Positions 59,994 to 64,000 of a DNA stretch of 64,000 nucleotides are shown in pieces. The stretch is from assembly GCA_963664405.1 (NCBI GenBank), contig OY761158.1, positions 3,008,001 through 3,072,000 on the forward strand. The letters are read 5' to 3'. The first letter of the stretch is position 1, and every line of letters begins with the position of its first letter. The notes below the pieces were generated by a model. That model was not told the DNA's origin and did not search any database. It saw nothing but the letters and a program-made list of their open reading frames with translations. The position numbers and the translations under genes were made by a program. Source of the stretch: Thermoanaerobaculia bacterium (GTDB lineage Bacteria > Acidobacteriota > Thermoanaerobaculia > Multivoradales > Multivoraceae).

Positions 59994-62900
59994 CTAGAAC
60001 TCCTTCCAGTTCTTCGGGACGATACACACCGGGATCTGGGCAATGGGGAGCTGCCCACGATTCGCCAGGCTCGCGCCCACGTTGAGATTGAAATTGGCGA
60101 AGCGGCAGTTCGCCGGCATCAAGCCCATCAGGCTCTGCCTCATCCCCTGGATCTCGGCGGTGCTGAACGGATCCTCCGTACCCTCTGGGGTCTGCACACT
60201 GAAGCTCTGGTCCGTCACTACAGCTCGCCCAGCCAGGCCCTCGATTCCGCCGAGGGTCCTTTCGCCCGTCAGGCGGAGGGCGTTGGCGTTCGTGGACAGG
60301 AGGGCGTAGAGGCTGCCATTGCCGGAGTATTCACAGAGCGGACCCACGACAGGCGTGAAGCTCGAGAAAGTCAGAAGCCCGGAGATGGCCAGAGCCTCGG
60401 TCGTGACCCGCTCATTGTCATCGAGCTGGAGCACCCAGCCGGGCTGGTTCAACCCCAAAGGCGCCTGGAGGAAGTTGCCGCTCGCTGCGTCCGCGGTCTT
60501 GGCGATCTGCTGAAACTGGGCCTCGGTCAAGGGCCCTAGGTCGAGGGGGGCAACGCCCTCGACAAAGCCCTGATCGAGGATCATGAAGAAGCGCCCCGCC
60601 TCAGGCGGATCCTCTTGCGACCACAGATCCTCTCGATCGCCGGTGCCGAAAGCCAGAGCATAGGTGCCATTCGCGGCCACGAAGGTCACCGTCGGAGCAA
60701 AGAAAATGGGGCGGTCTTCGGTGTCGAAGATCTTGAAGGGGGCCCATTGCGCGGCATCAACGATGCGCCCGGTGGCATCGTCCACATCGGCCGGCTGCGA
60801 GACGTTCACTTTGTACATGAAGCCGGCCGTCGTGCCAATGTAGATCGTGTCGATGAAGCCGTCCTGGTTGGTATCGACGGCGGCGGGCTCGCTGGCCGCG
60901 GCGCCGTCGAGGGCCCGCTTATAAAGGGCCTTGCCGGTTTCCACGTCGACAATGTAGAGAAAGTTGCCTACTAGGTTCGGGTTGGCCCTATCGAGACCGC
61001 CGCCGAAGATAGCCACGAACTTTACTACCGGATCCGTCTCACCCACGACGTTGACCAGCATGCGACCGCTGTTGGGCTTCGACCAGCTGAAGCCGAGATC
61101 CGGGAAACTATTGGCGTCGTCGTCGCACGGTAAGCCGCCAGCACACAGGTCGTCGAACTCCCACAGGACCGCCGGATACGGGAGCGAACCGCACCCTGAG
61201 GGCAGACTCGATTTAAAAGACGAGCAGCCGGGCACGTAACTGGTTCCCGCTTCCGGAACCCACTCGATGTCCGGCAACCCGGCCGGATTCGTTACGGCCA
61301 CCTTCTCCAGTGGATCGGGCTGGGTAAGATCCAGGGCGTAGTACCCACGTCCCCCCTCCCGGTAGCTGCCGATCGCCACGGCGCGCCACTCCCGCTCTGT
61401 GTCCACCGGCGTCCCGTCGTGGAACGGGTCAATGAAGAAGTCGTCGAGCAGGAGCGTCCCGTCCACGCCAGGGCCGTGCTCCATGGTGGTCATATCGGCG
61501 GTGTGTTGCAGCGAGGGGCGCGTGATGTGGGCGAATATCTCGTGGCCGGTGCCGCTGTCGAACTCGCCTTGGAGCTGCCCTCCCACCTCCGAACCGGTGA
61601 AGAAGCCGGCGTCGAAGCCGTGGATCTGGCCGTCGTTCGAGCCCGCGATCAGCACCTTGCGTCGCCGGCGGTGCTTCTCGAAGAAGCAGCGGTAGCCCCT
61701 GTTGGGATCGCTGGTGTCGTCGCACGCCTTGCCGTTGCCCTCCAGGTCGGCCGACAGATAGCGGAAGTTCCCGGGACCGCCCAGGAGGCTAGGCTCGGCA
61801 TGGAAGAAGTCACCGGCAACGTAGGTCAGGATTGGCTGGGGGCCGGGGATCGTGACCGTCTTCTTTTCCAGGGTGTCTCTGATCATTTGCTGAGCTAGCT
61901 GGCGAGCGGCATTCTCAGAGGTCGCGTTGCCCTGTATGAAAGTGAGTCCCAGCCCCTGCCAGAGGTCGTACTCATCCAGAAGGTCATCGCTGGCGGTGTA
62001 GTCGAAGGCGCGAATCTCGCGCGGCACCAGGCCTCCGCCCCCGTCCTTGGTGTAGGTGACCCTCCTCTCCGTGGGCTGAAGGCCGATCTGACGATCCGAG
62101 CTCGCATCCACAGGCGCCTGCGCGAGAAGTTTCTCGCCCGCCTGCCAAGCCAGGCAGGCAGTGTCGTCGGGGCCGGAGCACACCGCGCTCCGGTCCGGAA
62201 TCAGATTGCCATCGGCGTCTTCGACCAACGGGAGGGGCTGGACGAAGGAGTCTACGTTCCCCGGCCAGCGAGACTGGTCGGCGACCGGTACGAAACTCGC
62301 GAGATAGACGGAAGCGGGGGCGTCGGCCTGGGTCACCGGCACTGTGGCGCTCGAGAAGGACACTTCGGAGGTCTGGATGCCGCCGAAAATCTGGAGGTCG
62401 CCGATCGCGTTCTCGCTCTCGAGGCATACCCCAGCGGGGGCGATGTTGGTGAACTCACAGATGACGTGACTGCCCGTGCACAGGGAGAAGCTGTCGGTCA
62501 GCGGTCCCACACCCGAGATCTCCGCCCCCGTCCAAGGGGTAGCATCGCAGGCCACCTCAGCGAGGTCAGCGGGACAGGTGAGGTAGTCCAGACCCGGCCC
62601 GGCCGCGGCGGCGCAGCTTGGATTGATCGCCTTGCACTGCCAGCTCACGTCGTAGACAGGGTCGGCCTGGGCCGGGGTCTCGACGATGCTGTAGAGAGCG
62701 CCGCCGAACACCGGGTTGTCGGTGGCGATCATGTCGTTGAAAGTCACCCGGTCCGGGTAGGTCCAGGCGGCAGTGTTGTCGCAAGCGGGCAAGGGCGCGC
62801 CCGTCGGATCCGTCAGGGCCGGCGGCGGGCATTCGTTGCTGCCCCAGTCCTGGAGGCTGGTCAGCGCGGGGGTCGGGCCCTGGACCTCGAAGGTGAACTT

Positions 62901-64000
62901 GGGCCACGGGTTGTCGAGGTCGGTGTCCTTGATGATGGTCAGGGAAGCGAGAGTCTCGGGTGCGCCGCAGAGCTCGAAGGCCTCTTTGGAGGGCGAAGCG
63001 TGGGTGTTGTCGTCCCAGGACAGCAGCCACTGGTCAGGATCCACAGGCTCGCAGCCCGACACGTCCCAGCGCACCTCGTAGACCACCTGCCACTCCCAGA
63101 GGTGGATGGGGTCCCACCAGGTGGTGCCGTACCCCAGCTGCTGGCACGCGGCGTCACAGCCGGGCCCGACGAGGACATCGCCGGCACCGGTGAAGGGAGA
63201 CTTCCAGGTTCGCTCCCCGGTCCGCTCCTCGGTGCCGTCGAGGTCGTTGTCCGCGATGTTCCAGTCGCTGAAGGTGATGTTCCAGACCGACGAGGTGGCG
63301 GCAGCGTATCCGGGCGGAGGGGTGCCTGACAGGATGGGCTGGATCCAATCCTGATCGAGATTATCCGCCCCTCCTCCGCTCGACCCCTCCGAAGGCTCGA
63401 TCAGGTCGACCTCCAGAGGCAGGAGCGAAATGCCGGGGTTTCCCGCACATTCGAAATTCGTCACCGCCTTGTCGCTGAAGCGCAACTCACGGTGGCTGTG
63501 CGTCCTTCCCCACCCAACGCTCTCGGTGTATGCCACATCTTCAGGCGGATTCCTTCCAGCCGCGAACACGTTGTCGGTGTAGCAGCCGCTCAAGACCACT
63601 GCCATGTAGTAGAACTGCCCGTCGGTGCAGCCGATGTCGCCGGCATCGCAGAAGAGACCCGTGAGCGGGTCGTAGCTCGTCGTGAAGGGATCCAGGTACT
63701 CGTAGACCCGGCCGATGACGTCGTCCCTGGTTTCTATGCACACGTCAGTCCCAGAAACACATACGCTCGGATCCAGGGGATCGAACAGGTCGCACACGAA
63801 CTGGGTGGCGGCGCAACCCTGTACTGTGACGACCTCTCGCAGGTCGTAACGCTCGAAATCGCGCCCCTGCTTACCGGCACAGTTCGCGACGAAGCTCTGT
63901 TTCTCGGGAGTTAGGGTGCTGAAGAAGCTGTTGAGAGGATCGGTGGCGTGCTCGTCGAGGAGATCTTGATAGACGTCCCCGACATCGCCAGCAAACACGC
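59994..64000 (-). CDS. PilY1/PilC-like pilus adhesin with C-terminal beta-propeller (5' end outside the window)
   Basis: GSNDGQIHGFDAG, VDG, REGGRGYYALDLT, LWEF, DLGFSWSKP, IFGGG, Ca-loop DTNQDGFID, FGTGD and GWVLQL. Confidence 0.82.
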   Translation of the reverse strand, partial: VFAGDVGDVYQDLLDEHATDPLNSFFSTLTPEKQSFVANCAGKQGRDFERYDLREVVTVQGCAATQFVCDLFDPLDPSVCVSGTDVCIETRDDVIGRVYEYLDPFTTSYDPLTGLFCDAGDIGCTDGQFYYMAVVLSGCYTDNVFAAGRNPPEDVAYTESVGWGRTHSHRELRFSDKAVTNFECAGNPGISLLPLEVDLIEPSEGSSGGGADNLDQDWIQPILSGTPPPGYAAATSSVWNITFSDWNIADNDLDGTEERTGERTWKSPFTGAGDVLVGPGCDAACQQLGYGTTWWDPIHLWEWQVVYEVRWDVSGCEPVDPDQWLLSWDDNTHASPSKEAFELCGAPETLASLTIIKDTDLDNPWPKFTFEVQGPTPALTSLQDWGSNECPPPALTDPTGAPLPACDNTAAWTYPDRVTFNDMIATDNPVFGGALYSIVETPAQADPVYDVSWQCKAINPSCAAAAGPGLDYLTCPADLAEVACDATPWTGAEISGVGPLTDSFSLCTGSHVICEFTNIAPAGVCLESENAIGDLQIFGGIQTSEVSFSSATVPVTQADAPASVYLASFVPVADQSRWPGNVDSFVQPLPLVEDADGNLIPDRSAVCSGPDDTACLAWQAGEKLLAQAPVDASSDRQIGLQPTERRVTYTKDGGGGLVPREIRAFDYTASDDLLDEYDLWQGLGLTFIQGNATSENAARQLAQQMIRDTLEKKTVTIPGPQPILTYVAGDFFHAEPSLLGGPGNFRYLSADLEGNGKACDDTSDPNRGYRCFFEKHRRRRKVLIAGSNDGQIHGFDAGFFTGSEVGGQLQGEFDSGTGHEIFAHITRPSLQHTADMTTMEHGPGVDGTLLLDDFFIDPFHDGTPVDTEREWRAVAIGSYREGGRGYYALDLTQPDPLEKVAVTNPAGLPDIEWVPEAGTSYVPGCSSFKSSLPSGCGSLPYPAVLWEFDDLCAGGLPCDDDANSFPDLGFSWSKPNSGRMLVNVVGETDPVVKFVAIFGGGLDRANPNLVGNFLYIVDVETGKALYKRALDGAAASEPAAVDTNQDGFIDTIYIGTTAGFMYKVNVSQPADVDDATGRIVDAAQWAPFKIFDTEDRPIFFAPTVTFVAANGTYALAFGTGDREDLWSQEDPPEAGRFFMILDQGFVEGVAPLDLGPLTEAQFQQIAKTADAASGNFLQAPLGLNQPGWVLQLDDNERVTTEALAISGLLTFSSFTPVVGPLCEYSGNGSLYALLSTNANALRLTGERTLGGIEGLAGRAVVTDQSFSVQTPEGTEDPFSTAEIQGMRQSLMGLMPANCRFANFNLNVGASLANRGQLPIAQIPVCIVPKNWKEF

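Overview
High-GC bacterial DNA, probably Acidobacteriota (Thermoanaerobaculia-like). This taxonomy is inferred from Oar-type TonB receptors, an IPTL-CTERM protein and a repeated 'VKVLDGC..N..WVF' domain. 1-6.5 kb is housekeeping: tRNA-Met(CAT)-tilS-ftsH, a Na+/proline-type symporter, a pentaheme cytochrome and an enoyl-CoA hydratase. 6.6-21 kb is a putative surface-protein glycosylation locus: DUF2298/YYY, two TIGR03663-like GT-C genes (one NHL-fused and split by ISAzo13), a GT2, a eukaryote-type UDP-Gal mutase and a Thr-rich IPTL-CTERM protein. 21-38 kb holds a membrane spermidine-synthase fusion, a heme/Cu-monooxygenase-like protein, three copies or fragments of one TonB receptor, HicAB, a decayed MacAB-type operon and an intact TBDR-M20-DmpA-SDR operon. 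38-59.7 kb is a pile of nested mobile elements: IS21, three nested group II introns, IS1380, IS6, IS630, IS3, a y4bABCD-type serine-recombinase element and a RIT trio. The window ends in a PilY1-like gene. Two observations stand out. (1) Joining the ends of the 3.36-kb serine-recombinase element gives a symmetric attP and also supplies the SD and start codon missing from its Y4bD-type gene, so that gene appears to be excision-gated; both element ends lie at the same codon of DDE transposase genes. (2) A group II intron has EBS1/EBS2 sequences that read the YADD codons of other intron RTs, while its own RT has FADD. The many single-base frameshifts and chimeric junctions may partly be sequencing or assembly artefacts. 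All family calls are by motif recognition, not database search.
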